Shown: positions 24,087 through 37,198 of the stretch, piece by piece
How the letters are laid out: each line of letters opens with the position of its first letter
How positions within the stretch are numbered: position 1 is the first letter of the stretch
Assembly (NCBI GenBank): GCA_036630325.1
Contig: CP142735.1
Location: 310,001-374,000, forward strand
DNA: 64,000 nt
Reading direction: 5' to 3'
Source: Vairimorpha necatrix
Lineage: Eukaryota
Made by a program: the position numbers and the translations under genes
Notes under the pieces: generated by a model
Told to the model about the DNA's origin: nothing
The model's database searches: none
The model's input: the letters and a program-made list of their open reading frames with translations, nothing else

Positions 24087-25063
24087 GGAAGCAGGGGGCC
24101 ACTTTGGTCAAAAAAATGGTATTTAAGCGAATTTGTTTTTTTTACCCCAAAAATGAAAAGTCGAGAGGAAGAGCTCTTGAACATCTTTACAACAGCAATT
24201 CAAAATAAGACTGTAAAGTGTCCAAAATGCGATGCTTACTGTAAAGTAAGTAATAAAAATAAATTAATGACTAAATGTGTTTGGAAAGCATGTCTGAGGA
24301 AAGTGTCATTATTAAAAGACTCTACATTTTATTACAAAAAAACAAATATTTTAGATGTTTTGTTAATAATAAAATTATGGCCTTGTAAGGTTAACCAGAC
24401 TGCTATAGGAGAATTTCTTGATATTGGTAAAAGATGTATTCGACATATCATAAAAAAACAATTTCTACAATTGAAAATAAAGTATACGAACGAACTGGTA
24501 AAATCGGTGGACCAGGAATAATAGTAGAAATAGATGAAAGCAAATTTGGTAAAGTAAAATACCACAGAGGACATCGGGTTGAAGGTGTGTGGGTTTTGGG
24601 GATGGTTGAAAGAACCATCCAAAGAAAGATAGTTATGATTCCAGTCGACGATATGAAAGCCAAAACACTAGAAGAAATAATTAAAAATTATGTTCACTCC
24701 GAATCAATTATACACAGTGACTGCTTCAAGTCTTATTTTAAGTTAAAAGACTATTTTGCTGAACACAAAACTGTTAATCATTCATTGCAGTTTGTAAATA
24801 ATTCCAATAGATGTCATACTAACACAATTGAAGGAAATTGGAGTGGATTAAAAAATGTGACTTCGGCAAGACACAGAACCAGAACATTGATTACTGGTTC
24901 GTTGATAAGATATATGTTAAGAAGGAACTTTGAAGGTGATTTATTTACGAATATTATTAAATTTATTTTTTCTTCCTTTTTGCCGTTTTGACTTTCCAAA
25001 AAAGGGTCTTTTTTAAAAAAAAAATATTTATACCATTTTTTGACCAAAGTGGCCCCTTTAACC
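24087..25063 (+). mobile_element. Merlin/IS1595-like transposon (sister copy of 1015-1997)
   Basis: Same TIR core; 8-bp TSD TACGATCA; ORFs 24153-24521 and 24434-24991. Confidence 0.95.
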
Positions 25064-25590
25064 TACGATCAGATATAAAATATTTTCTCTAATAGAAAGA
25101 TACTAACATAATAATCAGATATATATATATATATATATATATTTCGTTTTAATTGAAGCTGATCTAATCATCTCTTGAACAGGTTTGCCGGTATTATCAT
25201 ATATTAAAAGTAAATTTTTCTAAAACTCTATCCTTTATTAAAAGTAATTTTGATCTCGTAAAATCATGAGATATCTTAAGATCAAGATGTTATAACTAAT
25301 TTTATAATATCTTATATTGGGTCGCAAAATTCTATGTATACTACCATAAGATTTCGTTGGGATATAGTTATATTTCGACATAAAAATAAATGAATCTAAT
25401 TAGGGATGCTTATTGTAATTTATATTTATAGTTTAACAAGGATAGGTTCCGCGTTAGCATCTCCCGTTTGTAGGTTGCTTCTCGTCTCCATAGTCCTTTC
25501 CACATCTGCTTTGTATCACTCCTTCACTAGTCCAGAGACATGCTTTGTAGCGTGATCATTTGGATGTTATTTCGACATAACATAATTTTT

Positions 25591-26691
25591 GGTGCTTCTT
25601 TGATATGCGATCGGACACCAAGACCCCCCCCCCTTGTAAAGGAAAAAAAAATGAAAAAAACGTTAAAAAATACTATAAATTTGATTTAACTAAGTAAATT
25701 ATATAATAAATCAACATAACAGTCGTAAAACTCCTCTAAATTATCCCCTATACAAAAACTTTTCCTAAATATAAATTCATTGAGCCATGAATCAATTTCA
25801 TTACGCTTAACTCCATGTTCTTTGGTCATTTCAGATTTTAGCTGCAGCCTGGTATTCTCAATGTTATTGGTATGAGTACCATCTGCAGATTTAAACCCGA
25901 TAGAATGGTTTACTACCTTATGTTCAAGACAAAGATTTCGTGCTACACTTGGATAACTCGGATGACCATCACTATGTAAATCGAACCAACGCCTATTTTA
26001 CCTTCTAGACAACTGTTAAACACTCTACTTTCCTATTATCCACCACTGTAATGTAAAAGTTCGTAGGATTAGATGCTTCTACTATACCTAGTATCCAAAC
26101 AGTATCAGGGTTTATATCATCACAACTTGTTGGATTTCTTATTTTACCTCTTCTACAAATTACAGACTCATCAACTTGGACAATTTTTCCTGGTCCACCA
26201 ATAATAAGCCTCTTAGAAATTTTGTTTTTAAAAATTTCTCTAATTCTTTTTTTTGCATCGGAAACTGTCGATGAAGAAACTCCTAGTTTTGCCTCTAAAG
26301 TAAAATAACTACTCCTACACAAAATTAAAAATATTAATTCACAAAAATTACATAAAGGTAACTTGCTTCCTTTGTTAACTGAGATTTTAGCACTGCATTT
26401 ATAATTAAAACACCTGTATACCACTCTTTTAACCTCTCTCTCCTTATATAATACAACATTTAAAATCTCATTGCATTTAAAGCACGTCTTTTGCTCTTTC
26501 AAGACTTCTAACTCAAGTAATGAGTTTAAACAGTCGTCAATACCATAGAAAAGCCTTTGTATAGCCTGCATTTTGATTTTAGTGCTTTTCTTTGGTATGC
26601 GATCAGAAATTTTAAAGTCACAATTTTCCATTTTTTGGGGATCAGAATTTTTTTTTAAAAAAAAATTCTGATCGCATACCAAAGAAGCACC
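25591..26691 (-). mobile_element. Merlin/IS1595-like transposon, frameshifted
   Basis: TIR GGTGCTTCTTTG(A/G)TATGCGATC; 8-bp TSD TAATTTTT; VQVDESVICRRG in ORF 26005-26712, then SDGHPSY and HTNNIEN. Confidence 0.93.
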
Positions 26692-26819
26692 TAATTTTTT
26701 ATAATATGACAATTCTTATTCAAGCTTATTTTTTTATAAATCTCATTAAATTATGCAAAAAATTATACAATTATATAATATAATTACATGATTTTATAAG
26801 ATCTTATTTATTTGAAATA

Positions 26820-26943
26820 TGTCAATTTCTTTATTTTTATTTCCCATGCCCTCTTTTGGAAATTTTTCTTAATACTTTTTGTAGCCAATTAAATCTGCCA
26901 ATTTGTGCGAATATGATTGATCAGTATATTATTGGCTATGATA
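26820..26943 (-). repeat. Degenerate solo LTR related to 36089-36211/44793-44916
   Basis: TGTCAATT..CCAT(G)CCCTCTTTTGGAAAT..GTAGCCAAT..GGCTATGA; no TSD found. Confidence 0.55.
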
Positions 26944-27006
26944 ATATCTACATTTTTGTATGAAAATTATAATTTGAATGTTGAATTCATACATACGTAC
27001 TTATGA

Positions 27007-27798
27007 TTTTTTTTTTCTTGCAAGTAAGAGGTAGGGAGAAATCTTACATAGGGACCAGAGGGATTTGGGGGTGATCCTCATCCAACTGGTACTGTGAGAT
27101 TCTTACTCACTAAAACTCCCTCCATACACTTGCCGGTGCAGCAAGCTCCGCCGTATCCATTGGACTTTGGCTCCAGGAGAACACTTTCCATTTATACCTC
27201 AAATCGCGTCCAGAGTGACCTCACAGCGGATATACTTAACGGGCATGGTTATCTATAACCCGAGGAGAGACATCATCGTACTGACTCAAAGGTCCCTACA
27301 ATCATCCGTATTGCACACACGGCTCCTTACACGACACATCCCCAGCCCGGCGTTTTTATTGGGCTGCGTTGACCACCAGTCTCCCACTAGTTTCGGCCAC
27401 CGTGTTACAGAATCATGTAGGATAGGGTCCACGAGACCTTCTATTGCCCTACTTCGTCTAGTCTCTTAGTTAGCTCTAGGATCCCACTCTAGAGTGCACC
27501 AGCCATGGGCTCCAACTAGGCCGTACCCATTAGATACTTTTATGTATCATTAAGTCACCAAAGGGCGATACTGCTTTTTGGCCTTGAGGTGCGTTTCTAC
27601 ACTAGATGCTAATCCCCCTGTGGCTGGACACACACAAGTTTCATTGAATCAACTTAATGATTATCGTGGACATTTTCATCATCTGAGTTGTTCCAACTGC
27701 ATCATAGAAAGTAGAAACAATTTTGGTGCCCCTGGGAATCAAACCCAGCCATTGCTCAATGGAAGCATAGCATTCTACCACTGTGCTAAGGGCACCTT
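27007..27798 (-). mobile_element. tRNA-derived SINE (~790 bp) with poly(A) tail
   Basis: 15-bp TSD CATACGTACTTATGA (26992-27006/27799-27813); tRNA-like 5' head; A10 tail; GC-richer non-coding body; second tail copy at 8286. Confidence 0.85.
27724..27796 (-). promoter_or_regulatory. tRNA-like SINE head with Pol III A and B boxes
   Basis: GGTGCCC/GGGCACC acceptor stem, A-box TAGCACAGTGGT, T-arm CTGGG-TTTGATT-CCCAG; anticodon arm irregular, so no amino acid assigned. Confidence 0.75.
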
Positions 27799-28017
27799 CA
27801 TACGTACTTATGAGGTTTTGCTAATATTCTTAATAGAAATCGTGTTTATTCTCGATACATTTATATAATCGCTCTCTCGTTATAAATGAATAAAATATAA
27901 AATCTTCATGATATTAAAATTTCGTTTTATATTATGTTGAAGGAGTTAACAAGCATAAGGGGTTATTTAATAATTATTATAAGGACACCAACATCCCCCT
28001 CCGAAGCACCTTATCAG

Positions 28018-28532
28018 TTAACTTCTTTCATTTTTGTTTTCTTTAAGTGATTCCTCTTTCCTTTTATGTTTCCTATTCACTTTCTTGCTCATGTTATTGT
28101 TACTAATAAGATTACAATATGCCTTAAGTTCATCCAATGAATTATTTCTAGATAGTTCCAAAGCCCTGAAATCGTTACCCGGCCATAATTTTGTCGCCAG
28201 ATGTTTAATAATGAGATTTTCTGAGCATTCTAAGTCCTCTAATTTGGCTGCTATTCGGTCTATAAATTCGTCTCTTGTTTCTGAGTATACTTTATTTTTG
28301 AGACAAATTTTTAATACTTCATCTGATGCAGTGGATTTGGTGGGGCAAAGTGCTGAGATATCCTCCCACTTTTTGATTTTCTTTTCGACTATTAACTTTC
28401 CTAATTCCATATCACAATTTCTAATTAAATGACTGTATTTTTTTCTGGTGTAAGTTCTTTATCTAAATTCAAAAGTTCAGCTATGAACTGCAGATCTTTT
28501 TTTGTTATTTTTTGTCCCATCGCTGCTTCCAT
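28018..28532 (-). CDS. Extra ORF after integrase, gag/capsid-like (one frameshift in an A7 run near 28440)
   Basis: ATG at 28532 follows CCCTAAAA, which contains the pol stop; ETRDEFIDRIAAKLEDL resembles the element's own gag EPMSEWLDRIITVAYDS. Confidence 0.55.
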
Positions 28533-30739
28533 TTTTAGGGTTTAGAATTTTGAAATTTTTTAAGCTGAGCGTGATTACGCTTAGCTTTCTTTACATTTAT
28601 CATAACATAATAAGATTCCATTTCTAAAATTTCTACGATCTTTCCTTCAAATACATATTTGCTATCTGCTTTAGCAGATGATGTATTAGTATTTATGTCC
28701 TGTGTTAATACATTTTCTTCAATGCCAAATTTTTCTTTTTTTAATAATTTATATTCCTTTTTGTATTTCACTCGTTGTGTTTCTTTTACTTCTAGGGGAA
28801 TTCTATTTTCCTACATCTCATTTGGTGTACACTTAATACCGCTGTGATAAGTATTATTAAATCGTTTAACTATATCTGGTAAATTTCTTTCCAAGTTATA
28901 ATTAGGTTCTTCTAAAAACTTTTTCCTTATAATCTGCCATACATTTCTATTTAGTCTTTCGACTCTTCAGTTGGAATGATGTTTTCCCGGGCTTGTATTA
29001 TGAACTATAATCGAGTTTTTCTCGCACCACATTGAGAACTCTTTCGATATGAATTTTCTCCCATTTTCTATTATAATTTGTTTCGGAAGTCCTTACTTTT
29101 GAAAAATTTCTTTCATTTTTTTAAACGTTTCCTTGTTCGTTTTGTTCTTTAGATATTTTATATTAACTTTTCATGTGTAAAGATCAATACATGTAAGTAG
29201 GGGTATAGACTGTTCTAGGAATAAGAGATCGATGCTAACCTTTTCCAATTTGTAATTTGCTTCCACTAACTTTTCTCCACCTTGTGTCTTTTGTTGATTG
29301 CATTGACAAGGTTTACAACGTTTTAAGTATTGAGCAATTGATTCGTTCAGTTTAGGCCAAAAATATTTTCGTTTAATTGCATAAATCATTGCATCTCTTT
29401 CGCCGTAGTTTGTAAGTCTTTCGTGTGCTTCTTCAAAGAGCGCTGGTCTTTCTTCGACTGGCGGGAAGAGCTTTGTTTCTGTACCGTTTACTTTATAGTA
29501 CCACGTACCTTTAGAATCGATGAGCACATTTTTGGGCAGCTTAAAATCGTTCATATGATCTGACGTTTCATAAATTCTACTTAACACATCAGCCTCAATA
29601 ATTTCCGTGCCTTTTTTGTAATGTATTGTGAAATCATAACTTTGCAGTTTCTCCCTCATTCGTTCTAATTTCATATTTCCAAATATATGTTTTGTTTTGG
29701 CATACGTAAGAGCGGTGTGATCGGTTATTACTTTAAATTTATAGCCTTTTAGATATAGTTCATAATGTTGTATTCCCCAAGCCATAGCTAGAAATTCCTT
29801 CTCTGTTATTGTGTATTTTTTCTCTTCTTCCGACAGTTTTTTAGATGCCCAATCTATAACTATAAGTTCACCATCCTTCTCTTGTTGAAGACAAGCTCCT
29901 ATTCCAGTATTTGAAGCATCCGTTGTTAAGACAAATGGTTTTGTGAAGTCTGCTACATTTATCGCTATGTTGGAATTTATCTTATGTTTTATGTTGCAAA
30001 AGGAGTCCTCGCATTCTTTAGTCCATTTAAATTGATCAAGTCTGTAAAACCTTTAAGTGCATCATATAATGGTTGCGAAATTGTTGCTAGATGTGCAATA
30101 TATTTTCTATAGTAGTTGGCAAATCCAAGAAATTTTTGTAAGTCTTTTTTAGTTTTTGGTGTTTTGAAATCAAATATCTTTCTCTGATGTTCTCCTATTG
30201 GTCTTTGCGTTGACCCATTTATCATAGATCCTAAAAGCTTTACCGTTTTGCTTTATATTGCATTTTATCTGCATTTACTTTAAAATTATTATCTGCGAGC
30301 CTTTGTAAGACTTCTAATAAGTTCTAATCATGTTCTTTTTCGGGGTTTCCATATACTATTATATCATCCATATATACCATACATTTAGTTTTCATGATAT
30401 CACATAAGATGTTATCCATTATCATTTGAAAGATTGCTGGTGAATTTTTGAAGCCTTGAGGCATTCTGGTATATTGATATAGATTGTTTCTAAAATAAAA
30501 TGCGGTTTAATATTTATCTTTAGGATCAATTTTTATTTGGAAGAATCCATCTGATAAGTCTAATACCGTAAAAATCTTTTTACCCTGTGTAATATTAATG
30601 ATATCGTTTATCTTTGGGATCGTGTAATTGTTGTCCTCTACAATTTTGTTTAACCATTGCATATTACAGGTTATTCGATACTCTCCATTTGGTTTTTTTA
30701 AGGGCGTAAAGAATTGCACCATGACGAGGTTGATCTTTC

Positions 30740-31860
30740 GGATCTAGTTTGCTACGCGCCCGGAGCAAAACCTAGTTTGTTATACGCCCGGAATAAAAAA
30801 TTAAAGCTTTTAAGAGGAAAGAACTTTTATAGCATGATAATAAAAAAGCAGCATTGTAAAAAAACAGGCTTGTTTTAGAATTATTTATTTTTAGCTTACA
30901 GCTAGTAAAGCTAGTATACTGATGAACGCAGTCTACTTAAACTCATCTCCGAACATCAGTTCAGCCATAAGGCCGGGAAGTTGCGCTTTTTGAACACCAT
31001 ACATTATCTTAATCACAAGCTTCATCTTATTCCAGAATGACTCAATGTTCTGGATGTGGGCTCCAGTTATCGGATCAACGAAATTTGTCTTGTGGTTCAC
31101 GACCAGATGACGGAACCCGAGCTCTCTTTCAATATTCGCATATGATCTCCAGCCATCTGAGTGAATGATTGGGCCAGGTCTACATATCTTGGCAATGATC
31201 GGAAGTAAAACACCAGCTGATCTATTTGGGACAATCTCCATATAGTACTTCGCAGGATAGAAAGTGGTGTCTGCGATCCTTAAATCCTACACATCACTAG
31301 ATGGTGCTTTGCCATGATGATGTTTGATCTTGTGGACGAACTGGCTTTCTTCGATCTGGCAAATAATACCTGGACCTCCCAATCTCATAGGATAAGCCTC
31401 AAAGTATACTTTAAGGATAGTCCTCAGCTTGTTTATAACCGCCACGATGCTGTTTCTTCTAAATCCATGGTCTAAAATAATCTCTTTAATCTGTTTTCCT
31501 TCGCTCCGAAGCATAATCATGGCGAAGATCTCAGACAATGGCAATTTAAATCCCTTAAAAAAGGATCCAGTTCTAATGCTCTTTGTGGTCCTGTCGAGCC
31601 TGCCCACTTTATTATCGCAAGTCTAGCATATAAGGTCTGGCCCTTTCTTCGATCACTCAACCATGCCAGATGAACACTTAGAACAGGACATACTGGTCAG
31701 AAGAAGGTTTGTTCTTGCAGAACAGAAATCATTTGTAAAGTTGGCACCCTGCGGATTTGTACGTAAATTTCAAACTGCTACACAACCGTTCTCATTGGGG
31801 TAAAATTTTCTTAACCTAGTTTGTTATACGCCCTATTCGGGCGTATAACAAACTAGATCC
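30740..31860 (-). mobile_element. Merlin/IS1595-like transposon, degraded
   Basis: TIR GGATCTAGTTTG(C/T)TA..CGCCC; TSD GATCTTTC/GATATTTC; IHSDGW and HIQNIESFW. Confidence 0.9.
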
Positions 31861-33214
31861 GATATTTCTATATAACCTAAATTCAAGAGTTTTGTAATGG
31901 TTTGTTGTGTACCCTCTATGTCACATTGTGGTATGTTTCTTTTTTTGATAAAAAAATTTTTTTTTCTTTGTATCTATTGTGCACATTATTTTATTATATC
32001 CTTCTGTTGGTTCATCATTAAAAACTTTTTGAACTTTTTCTTAAGTTCTTTCATCTCATGTCTTGATTTTTGGACATTTATTATAGTTGGGTTACCGATC
32101 AAGAGGGAAATCGATACATTGTTCTTAATATAAAAAGTTGTTGTTATCTGTATGTGATTTTTTTTCACAGTCAATTCTACGTATTCAGTTAGGGTGTTTT
32201 CTTGTCCAAAAATATTCGTTACTGTAATCTCTTTCGTCTCTATGTTAAGAAATCCTTTTTCTTCAATAAGCGCCCTACTAATTAAGTTTAAATTGCTACC
32301 CGTGTCTACCACTGCATTTATTTTATCTCTAGCAAAAAATACTTCCATAGTCTTAACTTCTCCTAGTGGTGTTTGTAGATTGTTAATCGAAAATATTTTT
32401 GAATTCTTTTTTTGTTCTTCTTTTAAGGTTGTTTTTTGGTTTTACCTGTTCAATGTTCTGAGTTTGAGGTTTTCTTATTTTATGGTTTTCTCTTTTTAAT
32501 ATTAAAAATTCTTTTCTCCTTAATAATTCTATCTTGTTCTGCTAATCCTCGTGTACTGACTGGTTAGAAAAGTAGTCACTAAAAGTTAAGAATCCTTCTA
32601 AAGTTAAAAATGTTCTTGAGATAATTTGTTTAGCAAATTCTCCATCCATACCAGAATCATAAGCAACAGTTATAATTCTATCTAACCATTCACTCATCGG
32701 TTCATTTAACCTTTGTCTAGCTTCCAATAGTTTCAAAAGAGTTATTTCCTCTGTCATTTTTTTAATCGACCCTTTAGTTGCCCCCATGTAACATTTGTAA
32801 ATTTTTGTTTGTTTTTGATTATTAAAATTTGAGCCTCCCTATCAAGAATCTTAAGGAAGATTGATATTTGTTCCTTTTCATGAATAATGTTATGAGCTTT
32901 AAATTGGAGCTCCAAATATTCTATGTCTGCTTTGGCTTTAGCAATTCTGAATGTTAGTCCTTCTATTTTTTGTTTCGTATCGGGTGCCATGTTGAAGGAG
33001 TTAACAAGCATAAGGGGTTTATTTAATAATTATTATAAGGACACCAACATATTATATTAAAATGTTGTATTTTTATACAGTATTGTTTTCCAAAGGGGTA
33101 TTGGTTTTTTTCCCACAATTATATTCTTTATAATGTACCTCGATGTATTCCAATAATAAGAATTCATCTTTAAATTCAAAAAATCTTTGTTATTTATTTA
33201 TACAAAAAAATATG

Positions 33215-34531
33215 GAAGGCCATCTTATTAAGAATCGAAAAGTTATGTAAGACTAAGCTGAATGCGAAACATTTGTTTAAAGCAATCAATGAACATGGAA
33301 TAGGCCTAATAAATTACTATATAGGAATAATAGATGCTGAACCAGAAGAATACAAGATCATAGACGACAACATCAGAAAATTATTGATTAAATATCACGT
33401 CCATCAACAACCTGCAACTAAAGAAAGATTATATCTCTCCAGAGCCGAACTTGGAAGAGGGCTCCAATGCGTAGAACATAAAAGTGAAAGAATGCTTTTA
33501 CAACTAGCCAAAGAATTTGAAAGCACGAAAGAATCTGTTCTAAGACGCAAAGCGAATTTTCACTCAGAGAAAACTGGCTACACATATCTATCCATTATAG
33601 AAGGATATATAAAAGAGAAATATAAACTTAAGGAAAACGTAACAGCTAAAATATTAATAGAGGCTCAACCCGAATCTCTTTATAGCGATATAAAAATAAA
33701 AACAAACCATTCAAAGCTATTTAAACCAAGAGACGATCCACTTATTGATATAAAACAGGCTGCCACGTGGCTAACAAAAGGAAATATAAGCCCGAGAGAG
33801 GAAGGCAATTTATGTGCATTACAGGACCGAAATATTTTCTTAGAGAAGCAGATAAAAAGCCCACACTGCCATGAATATGCAAAGACAGTAGATCATATGG
33901 CCACCCAATGTGATCGTATGCTTTCACATGATTACATGAGACGGCATAATGAGGCACTGCGATGCATCCACCTGCAGTTGTGTAAGACGTATGGTCTATC
34001 CCATGCCAAAAGAATTAGAAATCATTCAGTCCAGGAATGTGTTGCTAATGAGTATGTTGAGATACGAGTCGACAGTAGATACATTCAAGTATTAAAATAA
34101 AGTATAACAAGCCTGATATACTAATTGTAGACAAGTCGAGGAAAGAAGTGATCGTTGTAGAAGTTGGAATCACAAGTTTTAACAACCTCCATGCAGTAGA
34201 AACAGAAAAGAAACATAAATACGACTAGCTCGCAAATCATGTGGCTTCTCTTTACAAATACAAGCCGAAAATTATTCCTTATGTGATGACGTGAAATGGA
34301 ATAGTAACTAATTTTCACCGTACGCATATCAAAGTGCTCAGATTAGAACCCAGAACGGAAGCATTTATAAAGTCAAGAGTCCTTAAAATGACTTTAGAAA
34401 GCCTAACTATGTCAGCCAGACATGGGCTTGATACAGATCGAGAAGGGGTCTTCGAGAGCCCAATGAGTGAATCTCGGAAGGAAGTCCTTGAACTGCCAGA
34501 TGAGACTGTAAGCGTATCTTGTGAAAAGTAA
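33215..34531 (+). mobile_element. 5'-truncated non-LTR retrotransposon (R4/Dong-like; RT thumb, CCHC-like knuckle, REL endonuclease)
   Basis: KAINEH, ERLYLSRAELGRGL, HC..TVDHMATQC, YMRRHNE, then PDI..VEVGIT..EKKHKYD across frameshifts and stops. Confidence 0.85.
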
Positions 34532-34971
34532 TTAATAAGCCTAATATTATACCCATATAAATTATATATATCTTCTTTATTATACTCTATAAACTATCTT
34601 ATTAAAATTTTTAATAAATCATTTTTGTTTAATCATAATATGTTTAAAATATTTTCCTTAAATGAATATAATTTCAGATCCCAAAATATATAATTTTGTA
34701 TATTACAAAAAGATTAGTTTCATTAAATATAATAGACAAGATTAATATGAACCTAGCATCGATAAAGAATATTAGAATTCTACAAGGCTTGATCTGATGA
34801 TCAATTCCTTCATTATTATTTATTGTATTATAATCCGTTGTTTTAATTATCTTTATCTCTAAAAAAGCAAAATTCATTACCGTCAACAAAATAACTACAC
34901 ACCTAATTTTACATGGCCAACATGTTTTTTCTAAATATATTTTTATTTATACTAAACTCTAGATTTTACTG

Positions 34972-35003
<32 letters not shown>

Positions 35004-36220
35004 ATCTTTCTTATAATTTATAAAATTTTATATCATATATACGTTTTTATTATATTTTTATTTATTAAATTCATTTAATTATTTTAATAGAATGACAGTC
35101 TTTAATTTGGTATTTATATAATGTTCTAATTATTTATAACTTTACATTTGAAATATTTTGTTCTACTAATTCATCTTTATTATAACTGTAAAAAGTTTAT
35201 ATGATAATTCGGTATCTATTTATTACTAATATATTATCTAGAATTGTATGACAACCAATAAAGGCTATTAAAATCCGATATAGAAACTTTGTCAGCACGC
35301 TATTACAATGTGAATTTTCAAGAAAAATATACTTTTACCAGCATTTAGTGTATGCACAAACTTTCAAATTTTATTATATGCTAAATTTCTTATCTAATAA
35401 TTTCGCTTTTTGATTGTTATAAATTTTTCGTAAATGTTAATGATCCTTTATTAGATAATATTTCTAGACATTCTCTTCTTTTAACATAAAATTACTCTCT
35501 TCCTAATTTTTATTTTTTTCCATGTAAGATAAGAGAGAACCATTACATAGAATTTTGTTAACAATGATTTTGTTCTCATAGGTTTAGTGTAGGTAGTTTA
35601 TTGATAAATACCAATTTGAATTCTCATACAAAACTAAGAAAGTACATATTGTATAATTTTTTCGTTTCAGAACATATGTTTTTATCTATCTTTATATTAC
35701 ATCGTCAAGATTCACTACGGACTAGAAACTAAGATTTAAATAAATTCTAAATTGCAAAACCATGTCATAATTAACTTACACGAATGTCACTTATCATTAC
35801 ATGAATATTTTTCGCGACTTCTAATATTACTAAAATTCGATCCTGCTTTCTACAACTTCTTTGACCACCAGTTATTCGAATTTTGGAAAATGGGGATATA
35901 GAATCGTGTAAAAGAAAAGAAGATGCTCCTAGATAATATTTCTAGTCGTTAATTCACCATTAACAAATTCCATTAAACACTGCATCAGTAATGTTTTTTT
36001 TTAAAAAACTAGCCTTTTTTGAAAACACGGTCGATGTAAGTATCAATTTTATTTCTAGTTGTAAGTAAAGTTGTTCATTAATAGTAAATGTCAATTGCTT
36101 TATTCGAATTTTCCATCCCCTCTTTTGGAAATGGTTTTAAATAGTTTAAGTAGCCAATCAAATACGTCCATTTGTCGATTGAAGATTAGCGGGACTTGAT
36201 GGGCTACGACACCTACTCAC

Positions 36221-37198
36221 GGTTAAAGGGCAGTCTGGTGGCCAAAAATCCCTTAAAAGGAATTTTTAAAAAAATCACCCCAAAAATGAAAAGTCCAAGG
36301 GAAAAAAATAAAAACTTAAAAATCATTTTAATAATTTTATCAAACAAATCCCCTTCAAAAATTCTTCTAAGCATAAATCTTACCAAATAACTCTTTATTG
36401 ATCTTTTTGTTCTATGCCTTATGGAAGTTTCAATTTTAACAGCGCTCCAATTACCTTCGATAGTATTAGTATGGCATGAATTATTATTATTATTAACAAA
36501 TTCTTTTGAATGATTAACCGTCTTATGTTGCTGAAAAATTGAACACAACCTAGAATATGAAGAGAATCAATCACTATGTATGGTAGATTCTGGTGAACAT
36601 ATTTAATTAAAAGTTCTTCTAGTGTAGTTGCTCTTCTATTATCAACAGGAACAAACACAATTTTCCTTTGAGGTGTTCTTTTACCATTTCGAAAATACAA
36701 ACTTCTTCTACCCTATGGCCTCTATGGTCTTTTACTTTACCAAACTTACTTTCATCTATTTCCACAACAATCCCAGGTCCTCCAATTATACCTGTTTCAA
36801 CGTAAAAGAATTTTCGGTGGAATTTACTGTTAAAGAAATGATTTTTCTTACACTTTTAATGCTAATTCCAAGAAATTCCGCAATAGCTTTATACTTTACT
36901 TTAACAGACCATAATTTAATAATTAATAACATAGTATTAATTCCAAGCTTGTTATTGTAGAATGAAGTGTTTTTTAATAAAGACCATTTACTTCTACATT
37001 TAGACCAAGTACATCGAAAAATAAAATTTTCATTATATTTTTTACTAATAGAACCACATTTTATACATGATTTGCTTGTTTTTTCAATATATTTTAAAAA
37101 AATTTCAAAAAGTTCTTCCTCTTGACTTTTCATTTTTGGGGTGATTTTTTTAAAAATTCCTTTTAAGGGATTTTTGGCCACCAGACTGCCATAGCTCC
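36221..37198 (-). mobile_element. Merlin/IS1595-like transposon, degraded
   Basis: TIR core GGCAGTCTGGTGGCCAAAAATCCCTTAAAAGG; 9-bp TSD CCTACTCAC; HTNTIEGNW. Confidence 0.93.

Larger units (their letters stand above)
27935..33049 (-). mobile_element. Ty3/Gypsy element with 59-60 bp LTRs, frameshifted gag-pol and an extra 3' ORF; split by Merlin 30740-31860
   Basis: LTRs 27935-27993 and 32990-33049; TSD TATTA; PBS TGGCACCCG; PPT GGAGGGGGA; gag 32542-33011, protease VVDTGS 31986-32348, RT (YMDD ~30365), RH/IN 28535-29950. Confidence 0.93.

Noticed and set aside
27724-27796. Functional tRNA gene
   Set aside because: Anticodon arm is irregular, there is no T-run terminator after it, and it is the 5' end of a TSD-flanked polyadenylated insert.
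27167-27868. ORFs 27167-27469 and 27578-27868 as proteins
   Set aside because: Antisense to the SINE body, no recognisable motifs; open frames are expected in GC-richer DNA.
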